This document shows positions 1 to 12,349 of a DNA stretch of 64,000 nucleotides, piece after piece. Each line of letters starts with the position of its first letter. The first letter of the stretch is position 1. Source of the stretch: Octopus vulgaris (Eukaryota); the NCBI GenBank assembly GCA_951406725.2, contig OX597828.1:40176001-40240000 (forward strand). The letters run 5' to 3'. A model generated the notes under the pieces. It worked only from the letters and a program-made list of their open reading frames with translations, did not search any database and was not told the DNA's origin. The position numbers and the translations under genes are program-made.

Positions 1-500
1 TGATAACCTTCAAAGACTACTCGTGAAGGCTACAAATTAGCGAGATAAAAATTGCGGTGGATGTGAGCATAATTACAGAAGGAAGATGGCACATGTTTTA
101 CAATACTAGACAAGAGCTGTAACAGGCATGTATTTAAACCATTTATTGGAAACCAGGATCACTTGCCCTTGTTACCATCACTTTGTGTTTCTATTAAAGT
201 ACAATGCGAACTCATCTTTTCTTTAAGTACAGTAATGTTCTACACAGACTGGAAGGGCTGACAAGGATCATGAGCAACGCACTCCCATGCGGTTGCAGGC
301 GTGCTGGAGCAGGGCTTATGCTGAAATACTTTGGATATGATACAGGAATATTGGATATGATGGAGAATAATCTGTCGTCAATTTTTTTCTGTTTGAGTAA
401 GGTTAATTCAATTTTTTTTCACCCAAAACTTTTCATTGAAGAATTTAAATCCCAAAATCAACTTGGCTCCGTTGATTTATATACACTTATATATATGCTA
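1..500 (+). pseudogene. Highly degraded pogo/Tigger-like transposase C-terminal relic
   Basis: Interrupted frames give LDKSCNRHVFKPF (cf. pogo LDVSxNxxFK) and STQTGRADK...ACWS...GYDGE; many stops; manual reading only. Confidence 0.3.
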
Positions 501-520
501 TATGCTGACCGAATCACAAC

Positions 521-751
521 GGCGGCGAGCTGGCAGAATCGTTAGCACGCCAGGCGAAATGCTTAGCGGTATTTCGTCTGCCGTTACGTTGTGAGTTCAA
601 ATTCCACCGAGGTCGACTTTGCCTTTCATCCATTCAGCGTCGATTAAATAAGTACTAGTTACGCACTGGGGTCGACGTGATCGACTTAATCCGTTTGTCT
701 GTCCTTGTTTGTCCCCTCTGTGTTTAGCCCCTTGTGGGTAGTAAAGAAATA
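521..751 (+). mobile_element. tRNA-derived SINE family A (Deu/Nin-domain-like core)
   Basis: Head GGCGGCGAGCTGGCAGAATCGTTAG, B-box-like GAGTTCAAATTCC, core GTCGACTTTGCCTTTCATCC...GTCGAT, tail GGGTAGTAAAGAAATA; many copies in window. Confidence 0.85.
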
Positions 752-1302
752 TATATATATATATATATATATATAAGCTGTGTGTGTGTGTGAAGTTTAA
801 TTTGTTGATAGGTGCAAATAATTTTGTTTATAAAGATGATTCTATGTGTGCGAGTGCTAACGAGTGTGCACCTTTGTCGGTTGCAATCTGTATACAGTTC
901 TGAATGTGTGTGTGTGTGCAACATGAACTGCTGAACTTCCCCGCTGTCTTTTTCTCACACTTTCCCTTCCCCTCAGCGAGTCTCTTTGTAATTCTCCAAC
1001 TTTCCCGCCAGAAAATAGGCAACGCTTTTCTTTCCTTATCCCTTCTTTCCCCCCCCCTTCGTATTTGCGACTGCGCATGAATCGTTTCCGGTGGGACGCA
1101 TACAAACTTATCACAAATTTTCAAACACACAGACACACAGGAAGCACACACACACACACAGACACACACACAAAATATAATTTTATGTAATAACAAAAAT
1201 AAGCGAAATAGTAACCTTTCCCAAACAATTCGCGTCATGTCTTTCACATACGCGCACACACACATAAATATAAATAAATATATATATATATATATATATA
1301 TA

Positions 1303-1346
<44 letters not shown>

Positions 1347-1505
1347 CGTACACAGACAGATACAGACAGGTTTTTAAAAATCCAGATATCCAAAATCTCA
1401 GGAAGAAAAAGTTGCCGTAAAGGAAACTGCGTGGATTGGTAATATTTTGATAGAATCCATGAATATGTGGTACTGTTAATGATGGATCAGCAGTTTACCT
1501 CTTAC

Positions 1506-1550
<45 letters not shown>

Positions 1551-1921
1551 GGTTATACACACACATATATATATATACATCACAACGATGGTCAAGATTG
1601 TCATTCGTTCTCTCTCTCTTTCTCTCTCTTTCTGCTTATGTGTGTGTGTGTGTGTGTGTGTAAAACTATGAGCTTGCAACGGTTGTCACCTAATAATGGG
1701 AGAGAATGACGTCATCACATCTTGGCCAAGCGAATCGTTGTCGCGACTAAGGAACTGCTTCCCAAGTCAAATTTAATACCTGACTCCTGTGTATATCATG
1801 CAAAACAACAAGAGTGCAGCGCGCTTCTTTACTCTTTCTTCTGCAGTGACTTCCCTTCTCTCTCTCTCCCACTCTTATTCTCTTACTCTCCCTTCCACTC
1901 TATATCTTTCCCTCCCACCTC

Positions 1922-1964
<43 letters not shown>

Positions 1965-2437
1965 AGTCGACCTGACATCACAAGCAGGCATGTGCACGCG
2001 ATTGCACCGACACACAGACACAGAAGCACGAGCTAGTTTTCCCATGTGCGCGCTTTTGAGTGTGTGTGTGTGTGTGTGTAACTAAGTACTTACATTAACA
2101 AAGAAATCGTTATTTTAAAAAACACTTCATTTTGAAGTAGTTCGATAAACGAAGTACCTGTAATATTTTGTGGTATAATCAATCGTTTATATAGTAACAT
2201 TACCATTCAAAAAGAATGAAAAAAAACGAACAAGTAAAAAGGGAAACAAATTGGCCTTGTCGGCTGTATAGGAAAAATAAACCAACCAATATTATTGCTA
2301 TTAACACGGCTGGCTCACCGAGACGTAATTCTGTGAACCGCACACACGCACACATAATACACGCCATTGGAGTTTGATGGGAAATCTCTTTCATACGTAT
2401 ACAACAGACAATAGTTTAAGCACGCACCATCGAATGA

Positions 2438-3107
2438 TCGTCTACGCGGTTGATCGACCCGCTAGAAATAGTAGTCAAGTTAGTCTCCCCCCACACTCAC
2501 ACCGACGCCACCTCAACTCACATTTTATCGTCTTATCCACCCCCCCCCAAAAAAAAAACAGAGACACCAGCATTTAGAAGTTACACTTATACATTAAACA
2601 AACGACAAAATGATCAAAGCTGAAACACATTTGATTATAGAACTGCTCAATAAAGGTTGGCCTGGGGTTAAACGACAACTTTCCAAGAGCCAAAGAGGGG
2701 ACCTTTACGCAGTCGCTCGACCTGCTAGAAATAACAGCTAATTTCTTTAATATTACGAGCTATCAAAAAGACATTTAATAGTAAGTTTCTATACCCCTAA
2801 AAATCTGATGGTCACGGTCAGAAGGCCTTTTTAAGATAAAGATTTGTTTAGTTAGGGATTTCCCGTGTCTAAACAACAACAATAGTTTACCAGATTAATA
2901 TAATCAGATTTTCTCTTGGGAGAAGGCATGAATGTCATAGTACCTCCTTTCCTTCCATTCACGAGGGTGTATCTACGTAGTCGTTGGTCGTTTTCGATGT
3001 GCTAGAAATCGCAGCCAAATCTCTCTCTCTCTCAAATCTTATTTTACTGTCTTTATTAGCAAAAAGAAAAAAAGGAGTGACATTATATTGTGTAGTTTTA
3101 GATCTAC

Positions 3108-3162
<55 letters not shown>

Positions 3163-3230
3163 GGATGGTCACGGATGGAATTCTTGTGGACATAGGTCTG
3201 CTTGACCAGAGTTGACTTCACTCGAGCTAA
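2438..3230 (+). repeat. Three diverged tandem copies of an old ~230-bp interspersed repeat (family D)
   Basis: Motif TCTACGYRGTCGCTCGACCTGCTAGAAATA recurs at ~2440, ~2700 and ~2970, each followed by ATGGTCACGG-like and GGGGCTAAACAACAAC-like ends; further copies at ~38460-38730(-), ~48395-48560, ~55065-55255 and ~63930-63995(-). Confidence 0.6.
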
Positions 3231-3475
3231 TCACAATCATCATCGTCATCGGAATCATCATTATCATCATCATCATCATCATCATCACCATTATCATTGT
3301 CGTCGTCAACATCTTCATCATCATCATCATCATCATTGTCGTCGTCAACATCATCATCATCATCATCATTGTCGTCCTCAAGACCATCATCATCATCATC
3401 ATCATCACCATCATCATTGTCATCGTCAACATCTTCATCATCATCATCACCATCATCATCAACAGCAACAGCAAC
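3230..3475. repeat. Compound (CAT)n/(CGT)n trinucleotide microsatellite
   Basis: CATCATCAT with periodic TGTCGTCGTCAA interruptions; source of the poly-His/Asp/Met/Ser ORFs. Confidence 0.95.
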
Positions 3476-3804
3476 ACTTCTACCGACAAACAGAAACAAA
3501 CGACACTACAGCAACATTTAATCCCCAGCATTCACATCTATGCTTGTACAAGGAATCGGATCTTGAAATGCAGGAATTTATACCGGATAAATTAAGAGTC
3601 AAAGAAAGAAAGAAAGAGGCTGACTTAATTGGAAGTCCACTATTTCTTACGTGACACACAAGACTTTCATAGAAACAACAGCACAACACAACATTAACGT
3701 AAGAAGCGGACAATCATAACATTTGAGGTTATATTCAACTCTGATCCAACAGACCAATGAACAAAGGCGCTTTCTTATATATAAAAGTATTCGGTGGTAT
3801 AGAA

Positions 3805-4225
3805 GGCGGCGAGCTGGCAGAAACGTTAGCACGCCGGGCGAAATGCTTAACCGTATTTTGTCTGCCGTTACGTTGTGAGTTCAAATTCCGCCGAAGTCGA
3901 CTTTGCCTTTCATCCTTTCGGGGTCGATAAATTAAGTACCAGTTAGGCACTGGGGTCGATGTAAACGACTTAATACCTATGTCTGTCCTTGTTTGTCCCC
4001 TCTGTGTTTAGCCCTTTGTGGGTAGTAAAGAAGTAGAAATAGGTATTTCGTCTGCGTTACGTTGTGAGTTCAAATTCCGCCGAGGTCGACTTTGCCTTTC
4101 ATCCTTTCGGGGTCGATAAATTAAGTACCAGTTAGGCACTGGGGTCGATATAATCGACTTAATCCGCTTGTCTGTCCTTGTTCGTCCCCTCTGTGTTTAG
4201 CCCCTTGTGGGTAGTAAAGAAATAA
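3805..4225 (+). mobile_element. SINE family A, dimeric (head-body-tail + body-tail)
   Basis: Two bodies joined at AAATAGGTATTTCGTCTG; flanking direct repeat GTATAGAAG at 3797-3805 and 4226-4234. Confidence 0.88.
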
Positions 4226-4553
4226 GTATAGAAGACAGTGCTTCCAAACAACAAAATTTCTCAAAAGAACCACCCTATATCCTGTATGTCAAGCCTTTAC
4301 AGTAGAAACAACTTTCTTTTGGTGGTGGTAGTAGGGTTGCTTTCAGTTTCCGTCTACCAAATCCACTCACAAGGCTTTGGTCGGCCCGAGGCTATGGTAG
4401 AAAACACTTTCATTGGTGCAGACGTCTGCTCGAAACGTTAAACCATCTTTCTTTCCTTCCCTGAGCGTTTGCTTAATACTTTGTATGTACCAAGTATCGC
4501 ATTGTGATCTTTTTGAATTTGTTCTTCGTTTCTGGATTTACTATATATATATA

Positions 4554-4940
4554 GGCGCAGGAGTGGCTTTGTGGTAAGTAGCTTGTTTACCAACCACATG
4601 GTTTCGGATTCAGTCCCACTGCGTGGCACCTTGGCCAAGTGTCTTCTGCTATAGCCTCGGGCCGACCAAAGCCTTGTGAGTGGATTTGGTAGACGGAAAC
4701 TGAAAGAAGCCCGTCGTATATATGTATATATATATGTGTGTGTGTGCGTGTGTATTGTGTGTCTGTGTTTGTCCCCCTAGCATTGCTTGACGACCGATGC
4801 TGGTGTGTTTATGTCCCCGTCACTTAGCGGTACTGGGCTTACAAAGAATAAGTCCCGGGGTCGAGTTGTTCGATTAAAGGCGGTGCTCCAGCATGGCCGC
4901 AGTCAAAATGACTGAAACAAGAGAAAAGAGAAAGAGAAAG
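4554..4940 (+). mobile_element. tRNA-derived SINE family B (CORE-like), full length
   Basis: A-box TGGCTTTGTGG, B-box-like GATTCAGTCC, CORE-like ACCTTGGCCAAGTGTCTT, internal (TA)/(TG) tract, 3' GGCCGCAGTCAAAATGACTGAAACAAG. Confidence 0.88.
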
Positions 4941-5055
4941 ATATAAAACGACAACAACAACAACAATAATGATATTTAAAGGGTAAAATCATAAATGATT
5001 TTTACTAAGTGGTCAGCGCGGAAAGAACCTCATAGATAAATTTATATAAATATTT

Positions 5056-5295
5056 TATAATTATATACAGAATTATAACAAGGGCTTGGCTTGCGCCTCA
5101 CCACGCACTGAAAAATAGACGTCAAAAGACACTGTTGCCATGTACGCGGTTGACCAAAGTTGTAATTTATTTTCTTTCTCCTATTAACCTATATGTAGTG
5201 TGCTTTATGGTGGAAATAGTGTCTTTTGACGTATATTTTTCAGTGCGTGGTGAGGCGCACGCCAAACCCTTGTTATAATTATGTATATAATTATA
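5056..5295. repeat. Long inverted repeat (~78-bp arms, ~84-bp spacer) at a (TA)n tract
   Basis: 5056-5133 is the reverse complement of 5218-5295 with a few mismatches. Confidence 0.9.
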
Positions 5296-5309
5296 CATAT
5301 ATATATATA

Positions 5310-5702
5310 CTAACAGTATCGCCCGGCGTTGCTCGGGTTTGTAAGGGAAATAACTATATAAGCATTTTTAGAGATGTAAAGTATAATAGCCATCTCAATA
5401 TGGCTAACCACAAAGGGGAGTGTTACTGTAGCTTTTTACGTTCTGAGATTTAATAATACATTTTTAGAGAGTTACTTCCCTTGTATAATAGCAAAAAAAT
5501 GCATTAAAATGGCAAAAAATGATGTTAAATTTTTTTAAAATCGTAGACTCATCGTAGACGCGCGCTAATACCCAGAAGGGCTCGATATGAATCACGACTA
5601 TAAGATACCCGGTTTTGGTTAAACTGCACCGCAAAATGTGGGAGTAGTTAGGAATCTAAATCGTAGGAGACAGACACACAACTTCACTTTTATATATAAA
5701 GA
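5310..5702 (-). mobile_element. Non-autonomous Helitron, copy 1
   Basis: Minus strand starts TCTTTATATATAAAAG and ends with hairpin CCCGAGCAACGCCGGG then GATACTGTTAG|T (CTAG variant). Confidence 0.8.
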
Positions 5703-6208
5703 CTAGCAGTATCGCCCGGCGTTGCTCGGGTTTGTAAGGGAAATAACTATATAAGCATTTTTAGAGAGTTACTTCCCTTATAAATTCGGGCTTTCTTAGC
5801 CATTTTTGTTTTGGTGTCTTCAAGCCATGAAGTCGTTGTTCTAAAAGAACGCTGGTTTCCTTCACAACGCATTACGACGTTGATTTCTTTACACTCCCTT
5901 CTCCACAGCTTCACGAGGGAGGGAAGGGGGAGAAGCAAACAGGTGCAGCTGTGAGCGTGGACGCCAACTCCGCCGCCATCGACATACGATGCATTTTATG
6001 CATTAAAATGGAATAAAAAATGATGTTAAATTATTTTTAAAATCGTAGACTCATCGTTGACGCGCGCTAATAGTCAGACGGGCTCGATATGAATCACGAC
6101 TATAAGATACCCGAATTTGGTTAAACTGCACCGCAAAATGTGGGAGGAGTTAGGAATCTAAATCGAAGGGGACAGACACTCACACAACTAGAGTTTTATA
6201 TATATAGA
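5703..6208 (-). mobile_element. Non-autonomous Helitron, copy 2 (head-to-tail with copy 1)
   Basis: Minus strand A|TCTATATATATAAAAC...CCCGAGCAACGCCGGGCGATACTGCTAG; array sits between A and T with no TSD. Confidence 0.82.
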
Positions 6209-6211
6209 TTA

Positions 6212-6297
6212 TTAAACAGGACGTCAAACATTAAGGCATTAATATTGCATATGTCTTTAGATGTTTGCCTTGCCTTAATGTTTGACGTCCTGTTTAA
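6212..6297. repeat. Perfect 27-bp inverted repeat
   Basis: TTAAACAGGACGTCAAACATTAAGGCA (6212-6238) versus TGCCTTAATGTTTGACGTCCTGTTTAA (6271-6297). Confidence 0.95.
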
Positions 6298-6448
6298 CCA
6301 TTATATATCCGCTGCATCCGAAATCTGCAATGGCTCCATAACTACCGTCTCGGCTATAACCTTGGAGCCCCAGTAATCCGTCACACCACTTACCTAGCGT
6401 ACCTAATCGTTAGATTACCTGTGAATTAAACCTACATTCCTTGTACAT

Positions 6449-6501
<53 letters not shown>

Positions 6502-6525
6502 TGTATGTATGTATGTATGTATGTA

Positions 6526-6558
<33 letters not shown>

Positions 6559-6561
6559 ATA

Positions 6562-7839
6562 CAGGAATCGGACAAAATAATAGAAACATCTAGCACCATA
6601 ATTTTGAAATATCTATAAAACCGTTAAAAGCTTGTTTAGTTTTACGTTTTTTTCATTTATTATTAGTGTTGCTTAATATGTTTTGCTAAAATTGCTGTTT
6701 CTTTTCAGATATCATCAGAAAAATAATTAAAATTTATTAAAATGACAGATCTATCGGACTTTCAAAGAGGTCATATTGTTGGTGCTCGCATGGCAGGCGC
6801 TACCGTAACGAAAACAGCCGAAATGTTTGGTGTGTCAAGAAGTACTGTCTCGAAAGTAATGACAGCCTTTGAGAAAGAGGGAAAGCCACCTCGTCGAAAC
6901 AAAACTCCGCAAGAAAACCAAAACTTTCAAATAGAGTCTGTCGGACTCTTACGCGAATTGTTAGAAAGGACCACAAAAGTACAGCTGCCAAAATTACTGC
7001 AGAGCTTAATGATTACCTCGAGAACCCAGTTTCCACAAAAACTGTTCGCCGTGAGCTGCACAAAGCCAGATTTCACGGGAGGGCTCCAATCAGATAACCA
7101 CTACTTTCAAAAACAAACGTTGCAAAGCGTTTAGAGTGGAGTAAAAACCTACAGAATTGGTCCCTAGAGCAGTGGTAGAATGTTATTGTCTCGGATGAAT
7201 CATCCTTTACCTTATTTCCGACCACCGGCAGAGTATGTGTGGAGACAACCAAAAGAAGCATTTGACCCAGAATGCCTTCTTCTAACTGTTAAATATGGAG
7301 GAGGATCTGTGATGATCTGGGGGAGGGCTATATCTTGGAAATCCCCGACCCAGTAGTTTCCCTTCTTGGCAGAAGGTCAAGACTATTTAAGAATAGTCAA
7401 GACTATTTAAGCATTTTATCTGATTATATTCATCCTATGCTTGCGGAACTGTTTCCAGAGGGAAATGCAATCTTTCAGGATGATAATGCACCAATTCACA
7501 CAACTAAAGTTGTTACTGAATGGCACAAGGAACATTCTAGTGAAGTTGAACGTCTTATCTGGCCACCACAGCCCCAGATCTCAATATTATTGAATATTTA
7601 TGTTGTATTTTAGAAAAACAAGTAAAGGAGTCGATATCCTCCACCATCATCACCACAAGAACTGGAGACTGTTTTAGCTGAAATGTGGACAAAAATTCCT
7701 TTGGAAACAATTCAAGCTTTGTACAAGTCCACACCTCGTAGAATTCAAGCTGTAATTACTACCAAAGGCGGTCTTACCCCATATTAAAATTAATTTGCTT
7801 GAAATTTTAAGGTGTTTCCATTATTTTGTCGAACCCCTG
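6562..7839 (+). mobile_element. Full-length Tc1-family DNA transposon
   Basis: TA|CAGGAATCGGACAAAATAATAGAAACA...TGTTTCCATTATTTTGTCGAACCCCTG|TA; imperfect ~30-bp TIRs, TA TSD, inserted at a (TATG)n tract. Confidence 0.92.
6742..7787 (+). pseudogene. Tc1 transposase pseudogene (frameshifts and stop)
   Basis: N-terminal HTH MTDLSDFQRGHIVGARMAG...VSRSTVSKV; VIVSDESSF; IFQDDNAPIH; WPPQ(S)PDLNIIE across a frameshift; ends GGLTPY*. Confidence 0.9.
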
Positions 7840-7929
7840 TATATATATGGTCACGGATGGAATTCGTATGTATGTATGTATGTATGTATGTATGTATGTA
7901 TGTATGTATGTATGTATGTATGTATGTGT

Positions 7930-8184
<255 letters not shown>

Positions 8185-9039
8185 GAGGAATGGGGGAAAT
8201 TTCAAAGTGTTTTCATTAAAATAGGTACAAAAAGTCATTGCTCTCTAATAAAGACACTCTGACACAAAGAGAAATTGTATATAGTCAAATGGAAGATTAT
8301 ACTTTGTCGATCAACGAGATTGTAAAAAGATGTCACCAGTGTACGATTTTCCAACACAAATCTGGAACATGCTCGTTTCAAGAGCTGAAAACTTTTAAAG
8401 GACAGCATTGCAAAATTTCAAGAAAGCAACCCTTATAAAAATGTAGGTGTTTTATCGAGACTGACAATGGATTATTTGATAAAGACATGAATGATACTTG
8501 TGATTTTGAAATCTACTCTGCTTAATTTAATATTGCTGTTTTGTTTTATGAATCTTAAATTGCAAGTTTTCTATGGTGTAAGATCATCAACTTCAGCACC
8601 CTAACAATGATGATGATGATAACAATGAGGTGTGTTATCACTGATTTACAAACTTCCTGACTTCAAAATAGTTTTTCCTTAGGTTGTATGTGTCAGATAC
8701 ATAAGTTTTTGAATTACTTCCAGACACTGCCTACAACAACACTAACAACCTAGAAAGAGAAGAGAACTGAAGTAAACAGCCGAGAAAAGTCATTGGAATC
8801 AAGACGAAAGACGTGTTCTTATTATCTTAGTGGATACTATACAAAGCAACAACCCGAGTTGAAATCTTTTTTGTTGATGATCCACGCAAGTCCCGAAAGA
8901 CATATTTCAATCGAACACTTATTGACTCAACCAGTTTTCGCTGTTGTATCGACAATATTGACTACGTTGTTCGACAAAAGTGGTTTTACAGTTTATTCAA
9001 TTTTCCATGTTTTTATTTGATGAATAAAATCTGTTTGCA

Positions 9040-11440
9040 GTGTTGATGTCAACAGCAAACTTATAATTTCGAGATTGGCTTCATTTGTCTGACCGTTTGA
9101 AGCTTTTACGTCTGATAAGTGCCTATGCTTCTACTCTAATCAGCCTTGACGAAAATAACTACCTTCTAAGACCAGCTGAGAGCCGTACTCAGGAAAATTC
9201 CCGGAGCCAGTCATTCTACTGGGGGATTTTAATGCTAGGGTTGGAACTGATTAACACACATGGAATTCTCTTGGACGTTTTAGTTTAGGGAAGATGATAA
9301 GCAATGGTCTCAGACCCCTAAAGCTCTATGATGAATATGTACTTTGGAGTGCAAGTACTCACTTTATACACAACTGTTATTACACAACAACACCGATGCA
9401 TCCGAGCTCTAAGGCTTGGCACTTGCTGGATTATGTTATCATTCGCAAGTGTGATATCTAAGATATCTTTAATGTCAAGTCCTTTCATGGATTGCAGTGT
9501 TGGACAGACCACTGCTTGGTGTGAGTAAAGTTCCGGATAATAATTAAAGTGAAAGAGAGAAAAGGGGCTGTCGGGATTCTTTGGCCCCATAATGTCCGTA
9601 AAATATATGATCCTACTGTGAGGAAGAAACTTCAGAATTGTTTTTCCAGTATCGAAGATATCACAAATTAAGAATTTTGAGCCCAGGGTTTTCAATGCGC
9701 TGCTGAAACACTGGGATATGCTACAACCAAGGTCTTGGTTGAAAATGGTGCTGATGTTCAGCGACTCCTGTCTGCAAAGTACAATACTAACAGTGTATTA
9801 CGGCACAGAAGGCTATCAGTTGTGTAGCAAAATCTAGCACTAACTCATTTAAAAGAATACAAAATCTCCACTGATGCCAATTACAGTAAGAAGCACTATC
9901 TCGCGAAGCAAGTTTATGAGCCTAAGAGTTCTAAATCCTTTGCTTCCCAAGGGGAGCTCTACTCTACTTACTAAATCAACAGAAATCACAAATCACTGAA
10001 TTGAACATTTTTCAGAACTTCTAAATCGTGAGTCAGTTGTAGATGATACAGTGATTGACACTGCTCAACAAAGACCTGTCATCATCTCCTTGGATCTGCG
10101 CCCTCAATAGATGCGGCAGTGACGGCAATAAGTAAGTTGAATCTTGGTAAAGTGTCAAGTAACGACGGAATTAGCGCTGATAACTTACGCTTTGGTGGTA
10201 GTCGTATTACACAGAATCCTCACGAGTTTATTAATGTAGTCTGGAGGGACGGGACTGTTGCCAACAACTAGAACGATGCAGTTATCCTTCCCTTCTATAA
10301 AGGAAAGAGAGTGTGGCAACCATAGATGCATTACTCTACTGTTAGCAAGATTCTGGCAAGTATTCTTCTTACTCGTTTGAATAAATGCCTTGCAAATGAC
10401 GTCCTGCCAGAGTCTCAAAGTGGCTTCGGTTCTGGTAGAACAATAGATATGATTTTCACCACCAGACAGTTACAAGAGAAGTGCTATGAACGAAATATGG
10501 GTCTTGCTCAGGTTTTCATTGATTTTGGAAAAAGCCTTCGATACTGAAAAAGGTTTCCCTATGGAAAATATTCGCCAAACTTGGTTGTCCAGGACACCTT
10601 GTATCGATAATTAAATCACTTCATGATAAAATGGAGACACGAATCAATATCGGTGGTAACATGGCCGGACCCATTCTTGTAGAGAATGTTGTCAAGCAAA
10701 TTGATATCCTTGCCCAACTCTATTTTCCCTGTATATCATGTTTTTTGCTGCAGATGGCTTTTTTAGGTTATATATTAAGTACCGAAAACTTTTCAATCTC
10801 TTATTCGTCACCTCCTTTATGCAGGTGATTGCGACTTAGTTTTTCATGCAGCTGATGATATGCAAAGATCATATTTCTGCATCTTGCAAGTTATTTGGAC
10901 TCAGCTTTAGCCTAGACACTGAAAGTGGTAGACAAGTTTGCCTACCTGGACGGTACATTCAGTCGTTCTTACTCTTTAGATAATGAAATATCTTTAAGGC
11001 TTCCGAAGGCAACCGATTCCTTCAGGGCTTTGGAGTCGTATCTGGCCCCAACATGGTATCACGAAACGAACAAAAGTTGCCGTGTACTGGGCGTGTGTGC
11101 TGATGTTACTCCTTACTCATGTGAGACATGGACCCTTTACAGGCATTATGTCGGAGTCCTTTAACGCGTCCATCAGAGATGTCTGAACGACAATTTTAAT
11201 GCTGGCTGGTCTTTGCAGACTCCAGACAGAGGTCTTAAAGCGAACCGATGTGTTGAACATTGAAGAGAGAGTGTGCAAGCAATGCTTACGTTGGACTGAC
11301 CACTCGTTTGGATGAATGATTGGACAATCCCTAAGTAGATGCTATATGGCAAACTCGTTTGTGGAAAGCGCCCCCAGCAGAAATCAAGACTACGATTTAA
11401 GGATTATGTAACATCCTCATTGAAAGCATTTCTATAACCC
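9040..11440 (+). pseudogene. RTE-clade LINE relic (endonuclease plus reverse transcriptase)
   Basis: LISAYA, ILLGDFNARVG, MHPSSKAWHLLDYVII, LPESQSGFG..TIDMIFTTRQLQEKCYE..QVFIDF/KAFD, YSCETWTLYR, LYGKL..GKRP..RLRFKD; many stops and frameshifts. Confidence 0.88.
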
Positions 11441-11680
11441 CAGGCCAGGATACACTTTGTCCTCCACGCTGGATCACACAAAGTACAAAGACCTTTGTGT
11501 CCATTTCCAACGATTAGCAACACCTCTGGATGCTGCATAACAAATATTGGTTTATTCTATCCCGAGAAAAAACTTCAGTTTTGAATAAACTTTCCCGGTG
11601 AAACATTAAAGTTTTGCCAAACATGTCCAGTCTGTTGAATAAAGTAATATTTCTGATCATACTGGGTTTTTTTTTTACAC

Positions 11681-12275
11681 CAGTGATTTTTTCAACAGGG
11701 CTCCACATAATCCTTGGAGATCCATGTAAAATTTTGTTAAATTTTGTTAAATTTTATCTGCAATAAACTGGTTATACTTCTACAATACGTGTGGTAAGTA
11801 GCTTGCTTCCCAACCACATAGTTCCGGGTTCAGTCCCACTGCGTGGCACATGGGGCGTCTTCTACTATAGCCTCGGGCCGACCAAAGCCTTGTGAGTGGA
11901 TTTGGTAAACGGAAACTGAAAGAAGCTTGTCGTATACATGTATATGTATGTGTGTGTGTGTTTGTGTGTCTGTGTTTGTCCCCCCAACATCGCTTGACAA
12001 CCGATGCTGGTGTGTTTACGTCCCCGTTACTTAGCGGTTCGGCAAAAGAGACCGATAGAATAAGTACTAGGCTTACAAAGAATAAGTCCTGGGGTCGATT
12101 TGCTCGACTAAAGGCGGTGTTCCAGCATGGCCACAGTCAAATGCCTGAAACAAGTAAAAGAGTGAAGAGTATAAAAATATAATAGGATTTTTAAAACATC
12201 GTATGCTATGGGGATCCACCAGATTAGAATTGGTATCAAATGGATACATAGGTAAAAATTGTTTGAGAAATATAG
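11681..12275. mobile_element. Old hAT-like MITE interrupted by a SINE B
   Basis: Ends CAGTGATTTTTTCAAC and GTTTGAGAAATATAG are loosely inverted; TSD not recognised. Confidence 0.4.
11790..12170 (+). mobile_element. SINE family B
   Basis: Near-identical to the copies at 4554 and 32645. Confidence 0.88.
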
Positions 12276-12349
12276 GTTTACACGCTTATGTTTGTACATA
12301 ATTTTTACTTGAATTAATTTCTTTCACGAGCTGAATTGCCGAAATATAA

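Noticed and set aside
3169-3654. Poly-His, poly-Asp, poly-Met and poly-Ser ORFs
   Set aside because: All frames arise from one (CAT)n microsatellite; no splice or domain support.
8238-8450. INEIVKRCHQC resembling an integrase zinc-binding motif
   Set aside because: Single short motif without a catalytic core.
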